Source: Chrysomallon squamiferum | Lineage: Eukaryota > Animalia > Mollusca | Assembly (NCBI GenBank): GCA_012295275.1 | Contig: CM022675.1 | Location: forward strand, 1,116,001-1,180,000 | Length of the DNA: 64,000 nt | Reading direction: 5' to 3' | Part shown: positions 16,313 to 45,943 of the stretch, one piece after another | Layout: the number at the start of each line of letters is the position of its first letter | How positions within the stretch are numbered: the first letter of the stretch is position 1 | The notes under the pieces: model-generated | What the model saw: the letters and a program-made list of their open reading frames with translations, nothing else | Told to the model about the DNA's origin: nothing | Databases searched by the model: none | Program-made: the position numbers and the translations under genes

Positions 16313-16674
16313 GAAAACTAAAAACTAAAAATAAATTCATCAATATATCCATAACGAAAAGAACTTTGTCCTTGATTAAAATATTGCATATTTATTCGAT
16401 CCGAATTCCACTGAACCGATTAATATATCTGACAAATGGTTATTGTCCGCTAATGCACAGTTTTCACGTGCTCTGTGAATTCACTACTTTGTGTCAATTA
16501 TATATAATGATAATGATGATACCAAAAAGGAAACAAAACAAAAACAAAATCTCTGTTATGCGCAGATCGGCCGGCAAGTTACCAAGCAACGTCAAGGCAC
16601 TACTAGAACTACATCATCAGCAACCATCACAACGAGTACAACGGCCCCTGAAGACAAACCCCAGCCACTGGTGA
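14535..16674 (+). CDS. Small secreted Cys-rich peptide precursor B: MLLWQLLLISLFVLGLKITNVTSHPNISRRGKDESKYGCKYLCEHR|GICPPGCNDADIIDWFDETK, ending at 16011 (66 aa) or continuing |SAGKLPSNVKALLELHHQQPSQRVQRPLKTNPSHW* (101 aa)
   Basis: Exon 14532-14671 has acceptor ttcacag, ATG at 14535 and phase-2 donor GTAAGC. Exon 15948-16007 either splices at GTAAAA or reads to TAA at 16009-16011. A phase-compatible third exon lies at 16566-16674 (acceptor cgcag). Signal peptide, RR site, and the same intron position and motif as gene A. Confidence 0.75.
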
Positions 16675-16782
16675 ATATTTTATATAGTTTTTATACGATT
16701 ATTACTACCACCACTACTACTACTACTTCTACTACTACTACTACTGCTATTACTACTACTACAACTATTACTACTACTACTT

Positions 16783-16825
<43 letters not shown>

Positions 16826-17224
16826 AACTATTACTACTACTACAACTATTATACAACTACTGCTACTACTATTACCACCACAACTACTACTACTACTTGT
16901 ACTTCTACTACCACTACTACCACTAGCACTACTACTGCTGCTACTACTACTACCAGTATCGCTACTGCTACTATTACTATTACAACAATTACTAGTATTA
17001 CAACCACCACTATTACTATCTACTATTACTACTATTGCTACTACTATTATTACAACTACTATCATTTCTATTACTATTACTATTACACTCAACAACAACA
17101 ACAGTTACTACTACAACTACTATTACTACTCCTACTACTTTTACTAGTATTACTATTACTAATGTTACTGTTATTACTATAACTATTACTCTACTACAGC
17201 TATTATATCAAGAAAACAACTAGA

Positions 17225-17341
17225 CAACAACACCATCATCAGCAACATGAAAATGATTTAAAAGTAACAACAACGTCAACAACAACACCATCATCAGCAA
17301 CATGAAAATGATTTTAAAGTAACAACAATGTCAACAACAAC
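17225..17341. repeat. Tandem duplication of about 58 bp
   Basis: CAACAACACCATCATCAGCAACATGAAAATGATTT(A/T)AAAGTAACAACAA(C/T)GTCAACAACAAC occurs twice. Confidence 0.8.
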
Positions 17342-18010
17342 TGATGATGTATTCTATATTAAATTTGTTTTCTTTTTCTTTTTTTTTCAGATTTTCGAAG
17401 AACGTTGAGTTTGTGAAGCCACGACTCAGACAAATTTGACAGAAATGTGAAAATGTCGCTAGAATTTCTTCTCTTTCCTTTTTGAGTGCTGCATTAACAA
17501 ACTGTTTTTAAAAAAATTGATTTTCATGTAAAATTATTTCGAGGAAAATTGTGAGGAATAAAGAAAGACAGAATTGTTAGTTTTGTTATATTCAATCGTC
17601 ACGTGATAATCATCATCATCATCATCATCATCATTACAACCATCATCATTCTCACTACAACCTTCAACATAATCATAGTAAGTACTATTACAAGTATATC
17701 TCTCTAACAACTATTAATATTAATATCAGTTCTTAATAATAATAATATCAATTCAGGAAAAAAAAAAAAAAAAAAAATTATGAAAGAAGGAAAGAAGGAA
17801 AGAGAGGAGAGAAAGGAAATATAACTCATGGCGAGTCGGTAAGTCAGGATATGGGATTACTTTATTAATACAGATTATCGGCCCTTTCGTATCACGTGAA
17901 AGAGATTAGAGGACATTGATCAGTCGTGTGGAAATCACGTGACCTCAGGTGAAAATATACAGGTAATGTGTTCAGTTATTTTATTTTATTTTATTTTATT
18001 TTATTTTTTT

Positions 18011-18041
<31 letters not shown>

Positions 18042-18067
18042 TTATTCATTTGCTACTATTATTATTA

Positions 18068-18116
<49 letters not shown>

Positions 18117-18754
18117 TGTTGTTGTTGTTCGTGATTACACAATTTTTGATAGATTCATATTTGTCCTGGCCAAGTATTCCTCTGAGAAATACGGCAGGTT
18201 GGAACGGAATAAACTGGGAGCCGCTATTGAAGAGTGAAACATTTATCTCTAGGATTTTAATAAATAAATAAATAAATAAACAAACAAATAAATAAATAAA
18301 TAAAATAAAATTAATTAATATTAAATTAAAAACAAAATAATAATATAAACTAAAAATACTACTACAGATATGATAAATGTGTATTGTTTTGTGTATGTAA
18401 AGTAAACACAGTGATAGAGTCTCGATCTACCAACCTCTGGTTCCCCAAAACTCACAAAGCTGCAAACAGATCGTAAAAAAAAAAAAATAAAAAAAAATAA
18501 TAATAATAATAAGTTCATTAATTTAAGAAAGAAATTGATTTTCTTTTTCTTTAAACCACTGACATATTCATTAATTTAGAAACAAAAATTAATATAAAAG
18601 TGATTCTGATTAGATTATTTAATTAAAATACACCTCTGAAAATTGAGGAGAATCATATTCATATTAATAGCAATTTTGAACTTATTAAAATTTAATTTTT
18701 TCAGTGCTGTTAAAAAGAAAATGAGATTGACACACACAACACACACACACACAC

Positions 18755-18844
<90 letters not shown>

Positions 18845-19726
18845 ATACAAAAAACAAGTCAATAACAAGAGAGAAATACAAAGGTAAAACTAAAAACATA
18901 CTACTACTACTACTAATGATAATAATAATAATAACAATAATAATAATAATAATTATTATTATTATTATAATAATAATAAATAACAATGAAAAAAAATGAA
19001 ATGAAGAGAGAAGATATACAAACGGAAGATAATAAGTTTAAAAAAGAGTAACAGACTGAATGTAACTTTTTATGGTTAACTAAAAAATGTCACTGATTCG
19101 CAGACGTCGCTTCGCAACAAAACAACACAAAGAAAAAAACATCAAAGTGAATCCTGTCTTAAGTCCTCAACATTCTGTCTCTTTGACATAATCAGCGACT
19201 GTTTGTCTGTCTGTCTGTCTGTCTGTCTTTGTGAACACAGGAACAAATTGAAATGTGTTGTGTTATTTATTATCATTCAGAAATGGATCTAACGAGGAAA
19301 ATCGCTAGAAGAAGAAAAAAAAAAAAAAAAATTTTTTTTTTTTTTCTTAATAATAACGGTATACGAGCGTTTTGGTCTATGTGGAGAAAATTACATATGA
19401 TATTTCAAAAAAATAAAAATAAAAATAATAAAAAAAAGTTTTAAAAAAATGTTCTATGAAGAATAGTCTATTAGGAAAGTGACAGTGACTTTATTTTTTT
19501 TATTTTTTTTGTACCTTTTATGTTTGAAATATTACGTTATAACAGGTAGGTAAGAAGGCAGATAAACAGCTATACAGACTCACAGACTCACAGGCACACA
19601 CATAGCTGTGTGTATGTTTGTGTGTGCGTGCAAGAGAGAAAGAAGCATGTGCGTATGTGCATACGTTGATAGAACAGCAAGAAAACAAACAGAAAACAAA
19701 ACAAAACAAAACAAAAACAAAAAAGA

Positions 19727-19759
<33 letters not shown>

Positions 19760-20581
19760 TAAAAAAAATAAGAATAAAAGTAAAAACAGGGAAGTCAAAA
19801 AATAACAAACGCGCCCAGAACAGTGAACTCATTACAAATCTATAAATAGACCGTCGCGGTACTGCATCCGTTGTTTCTTTCAATCACGTGAGTCCTGTTT
19901 AAACAAAACTGGAGCAGTGCACGTCTGCGGGCCGGCCCAGATTTCACAAACAATTCAGACCCAATCAAAAACGATTATTTCACGACGCATTTTAAGACTT
20001 CCCGAATTAAAAGAAGCATTTGAAGTCCGCAGACTCCGGTCACTTTGTGAGTTTCTTTCGCGGAAATTTTTATTAATAACGTTTCCTCTGACGTAGCAGA
20101 AAGGACGCGCGAATCCGATGGAGGGCGCAGTTAACAATCCCTCGTTCTATTTTTATCTTCCTTTTACCTATTTATTATTATTATTATTATTATTATTGTT
20201 GTTGTTGTTTATAATTGATTTCATATTATTTTTTGAAGTTACGTAACGATGACGACGCATACGTGGTTTCTGAATGGTGAATGCCAGCCCCCCCCACCAG
20301 CTTCTGTGTGCACTATAAATAGTGCTTCCACGGTGCAGGACTTAATTTGTTCCCTGTGTCATTTGGTCTGCAGAAAAATAATTAGCTGTGATTGCGGAAC
20401 GTGAGCGTTGAATTAACACCCACTGACTTTTTTCTCTCTTTCATTTTATTTTTTTTTTTATTTTTTTTTTATCTGACTTTGAAATTAAAGTCACTACAGT
20501 TTGAAAATAACAAATTCCCAGTTAGGCAGTTATAACAACAAGAACAACCGCAACAGCAGCATTAATAAGATAATGATAGCA

Positions 20582-20639
<58 letters not shown>

Positions 20640-20684
20640 TAATAGTAATAATAATAATAACAATAATAATAATAATAATAATAA

Positions 20685-20715
<31 letters not shown>

Positions 20716-20954
20716 AAGAAGAAGAAGAAGAAGAAATAAAGAAAGAACGAAAGAACATGGAATTAACAACAAAGAAAAATAGATGAAAATAATAAATAAA
20801 ACGAAACAAGAAAAAAGAGACGTAAGAAAAATAAAAAGTAAAAAGAAAGCTAACCAGACCAAACAAGGCAGAGGCTAACCAAGCCTTTTTATTTTATTTT
20901 ATTTTATTTCATTTTATTTTGTTTACAAGTGTTTTCTAATATTCCCAGAACGTG

Positions 20955-21011
<57 letters not shown>

Positions 21012-21816
21012 CACAATACTGTCTACTGAATCTTAAATTGATAGTGTTTATGACATCCAGTTTGTCTTCAGATTTTATATATAGACACACACAAACTATT
21101 TGAGAAAGAAAAAAGAAAGAAGGAAAAGATAGAAAGAAAGAAAAAAATCTTTACACGTCTACGGAGAAAACAATGGTCTCATTAAAAGGTTAGTGTCCAA
21201 ATATTCTTCTTTCCTTGAATCTAGATCTGAACTCTAAAAATCACTTTAGAACGCTTTATCTCAGAACAAACGTTTCATCCTTAAGCTTGTTTGTTTGTTG
21301 TTGTTTTGTTTTTAAGTCCGTTACGTTGACTACCGTGCTATTATTATATGACGTCATCAGCAGTCAAATCCTACGTAATTGATTTTGCAACAAGTTATTA
21401 AGCCAAACAGCTAAACAATTACCGTAACAAATCCAGCTTAACGTGTGTTTTTTTCTTTTTTCTCGTTTTAATTTGTGTTTTTAGTTAAAACATCGTAATG
21501 TATTTCTGCTAAAGAAGATTAGTATTATAATGATGGCGTATAATTTGCAAGCTCCGGGCAGGAATCAACCAATTAAACTGACTTCTCGTGTATCACGTTT
21601 ATCAGCCGCCAGCGTTTTTCGTGAACTTCTGTAAGAAGAAACGCATTAGCGTAACGAACGGTAACTGGTAATTTCTGGTATAATGGATGGTGAAATACCA
21701 GCTGGTTGATTTAGTGCGCATGCATTTTTTTTTTTTAAAAAAAAAACAAGAACAAATCCTAATCCGTAAAATAATTGTTATAGAATTTGGGCACTGATGG
21801 TGATACAATTAAATGA

Positions 21817-21916
<100 letters not shown>

Positions 21917-22245
21917 TTGAGAGAGAGAGAGAGAGAGAGAAAAAAGAGCCACCAATATCTAGCTCTATCTTTGTCTGGTTAAATGACATCGTCGTAATCG
22001 ACAGAAGTTATTGAAATAATGTTATTCCATTCTTTTTATCTTTTCTTCTTTTTTAATTTTTTAAAAATTATATATATAATTAAATAATAATAATAAGTCA
22101 GAGAGTAAATGAGAGAGTTAGTGAGTAAATAAGTGAGTTACTAAATTAGTGCTCAGTGAGTTAATGTGAGAGTTTGTGAGTAAATGAGTGAGTTGGTGAG
22201 TACGAAGGTACGAAGGCTGAGTCAGCCTGTAGGCCAGAGAAATTA

Positions 22246-22278
<33 letters not shown>

Positions 22279-22452
22279 AGTCTTCATCACTTTCATTATT
22301 TATGTATTTAATACATTTTTGTCTCTGTTTTCTTGTTTTATCTAGTTTTGTTTATTTAATTGTTTTTAATTAGTTTATTTTAGACAGTAATTTTACCAGA
22401 GTTTATCAGTTTGTGGCAGTTTGGTAACCTCTATGTCAATATCTATAAATAA

Positions 22453-33066
<10,614 letters not shown>

Positions 33067-33632
33067 CTGCAATAAATAAATAAATAAATAAATAAATAAA
33101 ATCATCATTTTAAAGGTTTGTATATAGGCAGACAGAAGGTTGGGCATATATGAATTGATATAGAGAGAAAGACCTTCTGACAAATAGATACACATAATTA
33201 TAGACATATTATAGATAGGTAGAAAGAAAGTCAAAGAGATAGACAGACAGGTAGAAAGACAGATAGATAGATAGATAATTGAGAATAAATATATCAAAAA
33301 GAAGAAGAAAAGAGATAGCGACAAAAAAAAAAAAAAAAAAAAAATAAATAAATAAATAAAAAAATAAATAAATAAAATAAAAAAAAAAAAAAAAATAAAT
33401 AAATACATAAAATAAAATAAAATAAAATAAAAAATAAATAAATAAAATAAAAATAATAAAAATAATAATAAAACAATTTTAAATAACAAAGAGGGGGAAG
33501 AAGAAACAGAAAGAAAACACAGACACACACACACGGACACAAAAAAGACAGAAAAAAGAAACAGTAGTTAAGTTTATGCTTTAGCATAAAAACAAATAAA
33601 TAAAGAAAATAATGATGATGATGATGATGATG

Positions 33633-33681
<49 letters not shown>

Positions 33682-33798
33682 GTTTACTTACGGTAATATC
33701 TGTGTTATTACTTTTAGAAACATTTCACATACAAGTCTCCTTCCTTCCCTACCTGACAAATGTTTGATAGTCATGCTACTCACGTTGCCAGGATACTG

Positions 33799-33842
<44 letters not shown>

Positions 33843-34177
33843 GTAAAATATCGATCACGGATATTAATATTTGATTACCCAAATTTTAAAGGCTACTTAG
33901 CTACTTAAAAAAATGTTAATAATACTCAGACATTTATAATTTAGAATATCTGGGATATTTTAATTTAAAAATCATAGTGTATAATCGAGATTTCCTTCTT
34001 TTTTTTTTTTCTTTCTTAATTTATGACATATTTGCCTCGTTATCTGCATACTATACTTCATAAATAAAAATAAATTCTACAATTATCTTAACCATCAATT
34101 TCATCGATTTCAACATCTTCGCATTCATAATTACCATTTTATCATCTTTTAATGTATTATTATTATTGTTATTGTTG

Positions 34178-34220
<43 letters not shown>

Positions 34221-34509
34221 AGGTACCGAACCATTTATCTGGCAAGCTTGGGACTGGATGTGCTCCAGATTTCTGGATTTGCCGGATTTCTAGACACATA
34301 CTAAATACATACTTATTTTTTTAATACTTTAAACATTTATAGAGGCTATGATCCGTAATAAATATGATGAAAATTAAACCAAAAAAGGAAAGAACATAAT
34401 TTTATTTAAACGATATCTGTACAAATTAATACACTTCTTAAAACACTGAAATTTCTTACAATATCATGCATAATATATCAGATGTACATTCGCATTTTAT
34501 TTTACTTAC

Positions 34510-34830
34510 GAATTTCTGGTAACGTTTTCTGTATTGTGAGACCTCAAAATATGATATTACGACATATATATATATATATATATTTTTAAAGTATTTCAGA
34601 ACTTCTTAATAAAACAACAGTAACCAGTCTTAAAATATTACAATAGCCTATTATTCATTTCATTCAAAAACAGTTGCAACTTTTCAGTTCCGTTAATTGT
34701 GATACGACAATCACAAAGTGCGCATTTTCACGGTTCATTTCCGGGTTTAGCTGGTACGAATGTTAAAGATTGGTTAGTCGTTTGTTTGAATGTTACATGA
34801 TTTGGAAATTTTGGTTGGAATGACTGAGTG
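34510..34830. promoter_or_regulatory. Candidate bidirectional promoter between the cadherin-like gene and MyD88
   Basis: The divergent start codons are only 2.5 kb apart, and both first coding exons start after an acceptor. A minus-strand donor GTAAGT at 34509 and a plus-strand donor GTAAAT at 34831 bracket a CpG-containing patch with an ETS-type CCGGAAAT motif (minus, 34744-34737). Confidence 0.45.
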
Positions 34831-35082
34831 GTAAATACATTTTATTTCTTTTAATAAAATATATCATTTATGAATACATAACTTCTGTGTTCCAGAATCT
34901 GTAAACATATTGTATAAACATACGGCCGCACCTCAGAGATGAAGGTGACGTCTGCCAGGTGATGAAGTTAACAAAATGCTGCCGTGTAACAGTACTAACA
35001 CGTAGATCGAATATTCCTTTGACATTAATTTTACCTCTTTATTATTATTATTATTATTTAATTAATCTTATAATAATAATAA

Positions 35083-35138
<56 letters not shown>

Positions 35139-35566
35139 ATAAAATATCAAACATTATTTAGTTGATTATTTGAAGTTAATAACAATAAGTTGAATAACAA
35201 TAACAATAATAATAATAATTAGAAAAAAATATATTGAGCTGGAAACTATAATTTAAAATATGCTTGGATTTGATATGTTTATTGTAAGCTCATTTAGATA
35301 TAAGTATGCATATTACTGGTCAACATTTAGATCTATCTGTCTGTCTGTCTGTCTGTCTGTATATCTATTTCTTCCTGCCCACCTATCTATCCATTTACTA
35401 TTAGCCTGTCTTTCTGTTTATTTACATACTAACCTGACTGACCGACTGACTGACTGTTTGGCTGTCCGTATTTCTGTAAAAGTGAAGGAAATCATGTTTA
35501 CATTTACAGAATAAACAACATGAGTATGTGACACTAAACACATCAAAAGCATAGAAGAAAAAAAAG

Positions 35567-40649
<5,083 letters not shown>

Positions 40650-40675
40650 ACTTCTTTCATTCCGGTTTGTTTTCT

Positions 40676-41020
40676 GTGACTTGTTGCATGAAAAGGTATC
40701 TTTAGGCAAGGTAAAAACCTGTGTGACCTGCTATATAAAAGGTGACTTGTTGAATGAAAAGAGTCTTAAGACAAAGGTCAAAACCTGTGTGAACTGCAAC
40801 ATAAAACAGTGACTTGCATGAAACGGTATCTTAAGGTAATAATACCTGTGACTTGCTAATAAAACGGTGACTTGTTGCATCAAAAGGAGTCTTAAAGCAA
40901 GGTCATAGTTGGTGTTACCTGCTACATAGAAAGGTGACTTGTCACCTGAAAATATATCTTAAGACACAGTTAAAATCTGTGACCTGCAAATGACTTGTTT
41001 CATGAAAAGGTATCTTAGGG
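40676..41020 (+). repeat. Degenerate minisatellite (about 57-67 bp unit, about 6 copies) at the start of the MyD88 3' UTR
   Basis: Units resembling GTGACTTGTTGCATGAAAAGGTATCTTAAG...CCTGTGTGACCTGC..ATAAAA start at about 40676, 40742, 40809, 40867, 40934 and 40990. Confidence 0.85.
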
Positions 41021-41275
41021 CAGAAATGTGGGCATGATAAGAATATTGTTTAAAGGTTTTGCTTAAGAACTGTTTGATTACTTTGTTTAGAAATGTGTAG
41101 CTGTTGTTAGCAGTGTTGATGTTGGGGCATGGTGAGTTAAAGGTTTTTAAATGTTATTATCATTGTTGAAATGAAGCATGTTGATTCATTATATTTTTAC
41201 CTTCGTAAAGGAAAGATTTAAATCTGTTTCTAAAAGAAAAGAAAATACCAGAAAAAATTATGAACAATAATAAAT

Positions 41276-41318
<43 letters not shown>

Positions 41319-41741
41319 AAATAAAATTAAATTAAATCAAATCAAATTTAAAAAATAATAATATGAAATAAAATATTATAAAATGTAATTAACGAAATAA
41401 ATAAAAATTAAATGTTTTCCTTTGTTTAAAATAACATTTAAAAAACAGAAGGAAAGGAAGGTGTCATGTGTTTTATACACTCTTGTTTTTATTGTGTTTA
41501 TAGGGTATGGTGTTTTATACCATGACAGTAAACAGGAGAACTGACAACATATACAGTTTATTTGTATAAAGAAACAGAGTAGTATGTAGATATGTGATGC
41601 TTCTAGTTTTACAGAAAAGTTTCTTGTTTTAAAAGGTTATTATAGATACTGTGTTAATTTCCTGCAACTTAATTTTTGTTTTCTTGTTGTTGTTGATGTT
41701 ATTTTAGTAATTATTAAGATTAATGCTGACTTTTTTTTTTA

Positions 41742-41782
<41 letters not shown>

Positions 41783-41798
41783 TTTGTTGTTGTTGCTA

Positions 41799-41839
<41 letters not shown>

Positions 41840-43009
41840 TTGTTGTTGTTCCTATTGTTATTATTATTATATTTTTATTATTATTATTATTGTTTTATTT
41901 CTATTTATTTTTTGTTCTTTTAAGTCAAAGTAATATAAATAGTACATAAACATATTAATATTTTTAACCATTTACTCAGTTCTGTTTCTCAGTTTAGTAA
42001 CTTGTGCTGTGTATTAAAGTGATAATACAGTAAGTTGTGATAGAATTAAATAAATTATGACTTCCTTTGATATAACATACTTCTCTCAAGTATTTGTAGT
42101 TTTGTCTTTGCAATATTCATATACAATTTTTGTGGCTAATACTTTTGTTTTTATTGCTGGTATTTCTCTTAATTTTACTATGTATTTATTTATTTATTTA
42201 TTTAGTGTGTGTAGGTACATTCAAAATGAAAATTTGTATTTCCTCATTGAAGAGTTCTGTGTGTTGTATGTGAGAATTACTGATTCTGGTTAACAAGGAA
42301 AGACAGCCATTAAGATAATAATAAAATAATAATAATAATAATAAAAATGTCATTGATAACCTTTTATCTTACTGATTCGAACCAGTTCTCACTGAGTAGG
42401 CTGTCAAATGCTGTTTTAGGTACATTTCTGTTTGTATTCGTTCTTTTTAAACCACTTTTATAAAAATAGTCTGTAGCCAGCTGTGTCTTATGTATTTTTA
42501 TATCACTGATATTGCATACACATTGTAATTTTCCCATTCCAAATCTGTGCCTTCCATAATTGTTGTTCATTCTGAGTTTTTTTAATAATAATGGTTGACG
42601 TCAATGCAGTTATCTCCCCAGTATTTGAGAAAGAAAATTTTCAGGGTACAAGTTCAGATTACTTGTTTGTGAAAAATATTCCCATAAATAATTAATATTA
42701 ACAGGTTTATTGTACTGGCAGTGAAATAAAATCAGTGTCTGTTTAATTTATTATACAAAATGAAGTTCACTAAATGAAGGTGTGATTGATGTTGCTGCTG
42801 TTGCTGATGAATGGCCATCCTGCCGTCATACAGTACGTAGAGAGATCTCTGCACTGTAAAAGAATTGTTATGTGTGTGAATAACAGACCACAGTAGAATT
42901 CTTTTCCTGTTGTTACAAAAATAGCATCTGTTATTTTGGAAGAAAAGTTTTAATTTATACTGCTTATATTTTTTATCTTCTACCTTCTGCTGCTACTACT
43001 ATTACTAAT

Positions 43010-43265
43010 ACTAAAACTGTTACAAATACTAGTATTACAGCAACAACTACTAAAACTGTTACAAATACTAGTATTACAGCTACAACTACTAAAACTGTTA
43101 CAAATACTAGTATTACAGCTACAACTACTAAAACTGTTACAAATACTAGTATTACAGCCACAACTACTAAAACTTTGTTTATTGTTACAAATACTATTAA
43201 GCCACAACTACTAAAACTGTTTTGTTTACTACTAAAACTAGTATTACAGCTACAACTACTAAAAC
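43010..43265. repeat. 39-bp minisatellite (about 6 copies, later ones degenerate)
   Basis: Unit CTAAAACTGTTACAAATACTAGTATTACAGC(T/A/C)ACAACTA repeated in tandem. It produces the periodic spurious ORFs 42973-43161 and 42980-43207. Confidence 0.9.
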
Positions 43266-44039
43266 TTTGTTTATTCTTGGGTTTTTCTTCTTATTCTTCT
43301 TGTTTTGTTATTATTATTATTACTGTTTTATTATTATTATTATCATTAATATTATTATTATTATTATTATCATCATCATTATTATTATCATTATTAGCAT
43401 TAGTATTATTTGTGATAAATGTAACAATTACAGTACCTATCAAATTCTTGCCACAGTTATAAAAAAGAAAAGAAAAGAATTTGATTATGGTATTGCTGTT
43501 GTAAATATTATTGTTTGTATTATTTCTGAGTTGTAGTGTATTCAGTGCTGGAATCTCATATGTTTTATCTCTGCCTCTGTTTGTCTCTCTTTCGCTTTGT
43601 CTTCTCCACACTCTTTTTCAGATCTTTATTACTGTAAATTAATTATTCACAAGAAAAAAACCAGCTTGTTGATAAGAACATGATATTAATAATGTTTCAA
43701 TTCAAAATATTTAATATTCACTAACTACTTTTTGTTTATTTATTTATTTATTTCCCTCCCTTTTGGCAAGCTTTTTATTATATTAATTATTTCATCATAA
43801 CAAATTCTGAGTAATAATTACGCAGAATTATGTAATGTGTTTATATAAATATTTTGATATTTTAAATCTTTGCTCCAGTAATAATTTCTAAAACCACATT
43901 GTAAAAGTATGTATTTTTATATTATTTATGTATACGGAATTTTGATAAATATATTTTTATGACAACCATATTTGTATTAAGGAATTGTTTTATTGATTAA
44001 AGTAATAACTGTACATAAATCTTTTGTTCATGTAATTGA

Positions 44040-44733
44040 CGTCTGTTGTTTTTATCCAAACATCCATTTACCATTATCATTAACAGCATTAGTTACGACA
44101 TCTCGAGAATGTTCTTAAATTATTCATACGACCTCGTGTCAGGTCATGCTGTTAACGACGGCGCCATCTTGGATTGTCTATCACGCAGATATTGCGGAAG
44201 TAACGTCTTTTGTTTGGTTAAAATGTTTCTTTGAATATTGAAGAAAGATGTAATGACTGGAACATAATCTAAGTTATATTTTGTTGCTTAGAGAAAAAAT
44301 TATTTATTTATTTATTTTTAACTTTTAAAATTAATTTTCCAAAATGGGACGACAATCTAAAATTAGACTGGAGAAAGTTCTCCAAAAACTAGCTCAGAAA
44401 GTTTTGAGTGATTAAAAAAGAAACTGTGGATTTTAATTGACAGACGGAAGTTAAACTCAATGCTGTTGTTAGTGTGGCACAGTTCGCTGTTGTTGAAGTG
44501 ATAAAATGAACCATATGCTACAAACAGATGTTTGCTGTTAATTATAAATCGCTCAGAAAGGTCGTTATATACATCTAATTAAGGATTGAAAGATATAGGA
44601 TGGTCGTGGGGACATCAAAACCTTGCCCATTTTCACTTTCCAAAAGTGTTAACAAGTTTACGAATCTTGCAATTAAATATTTGTACGGGTTTTATTTATT
44701 TATTTAATTAAATATGTAAATCACGAGATAAAG
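44040..44733 (+). promoter_or_regulatory. Candidate promoter and non-coding first exon of the TIR-only MyD88 paralog
   Basis: Local CpG-containing patch in otherwise CpG-poor DNA. It contains YY1-type GCGCCATCTT at 44161-44170, ETS-type CGGAAGT at 44195 and 44445, ISRE-like TTTTCACTTTCC at 44630-44641, and a perfect donor AAG|GTAAGT at 44734. Confidence 0.5.
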
Positions 44734-44845
44734 GTAAGTTGATTACTTTTTCATTATACAAAAATATAACGCACTAAAAATTCTGTGTCATTTGTGATGA
44801 TAATTTGAAAATGTATTTACAATACATATTATTTTAGTATTCATG

Positions 44846-44883
<38 letters not shown>

Positions 44884-45612
44884 TGTAAGCATGTATACGT
44901 GTGTATGGTTTATTCCCGAATCTGGCAGTGAGATTATAACACATCTTAATTGGACACGTTAGTTGTTCCATTTCTGGTATTTTATTTCTCACCCTTACTA
45001 ATTGGTGTTCTGTCACTTTAATTGATGGCCCATCACCTTAATTAATACCTGGTTTTAGCCCATCCAAAATTTCTCCCTTCGCAACCATGGTCAAATATAA
45101 CAAACATCATGACTGTACAGTATTTATATAGGTAGTATTTCCTATCTCCAAATTTTATACATCTCTTAATTGATCTTGTTAACCCCACATGTCTAATTTG
45201 GTAGTATTTCCTGGCTCCAGATTTTACTGAGATACAACATTAATTTTATGTCTCCAAACATTAATTTTCTTGCAATCTCTATTCCGGCTCACCTCTGCTC
45301 TTCACTGCTCATTAAGGTTAATCTCGTTAATCGCCCCCCTCTGTTCTTCATGCCTCTAAATTGGCCTTCATTGCTCACACCAGTTTTCCCATTTCTGGAA
45401 GCAGATTACAACACCTCACCGATTACATAATCTGGAGACTGCCAGTTTTGTGAACATACCGTGTGTATGTATGTGTTTATGTGGATGTGAAAAAAGATTA
45501 TTGATACATACACATTTTCATACATATGTTTATATGTAAGGTTGAAGTATAGATTTCTGTTTATTTCAGATACTGTATAGGTGAAGTTGACGTTACGTCA
45601 CTTGAAAGCGAA

Positions 45613-45861
45613 ATGGAATTTTTCACTGTAGATGATGGTAATGAGCATACAGATACTTTTTATTAATCATCATCACAAATATTATTTTTCATTATGATAG
45701 GAGTAATGATAGTATTGATGATAATAGTAATGTTGATGATGGTGATGGTAAAATTTCCAAATAATTACTAAATACCAAAGTTATAACTTTTAATCTACAT
45801 GTATGTTTCTATATGTGTCTGTCTGTCTTTCTGCCTGTTTCTGTTATCCTACTATCTATCT

Positions 45862-45943
<82 letters not shown>

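Noticed and set aside
18152-18240. Possible exon (DSYLSWPSIPLRNTAGWNGINWEPLLK)
   Set aside because: Weak splice sites, no partner exons and no recognisable similarity.
19840-20322. Two CTATAAATAG (MEF2/TATA-like) motifs
   Set aside because: AT-rich 10-mers are expected by chance here, and no linked gene was identified.
40676-41020. CRISPR-like array
   Set aside because: Eukaryotic context; whole units are similar to each other with no unique spacers, and there are no cas genes.
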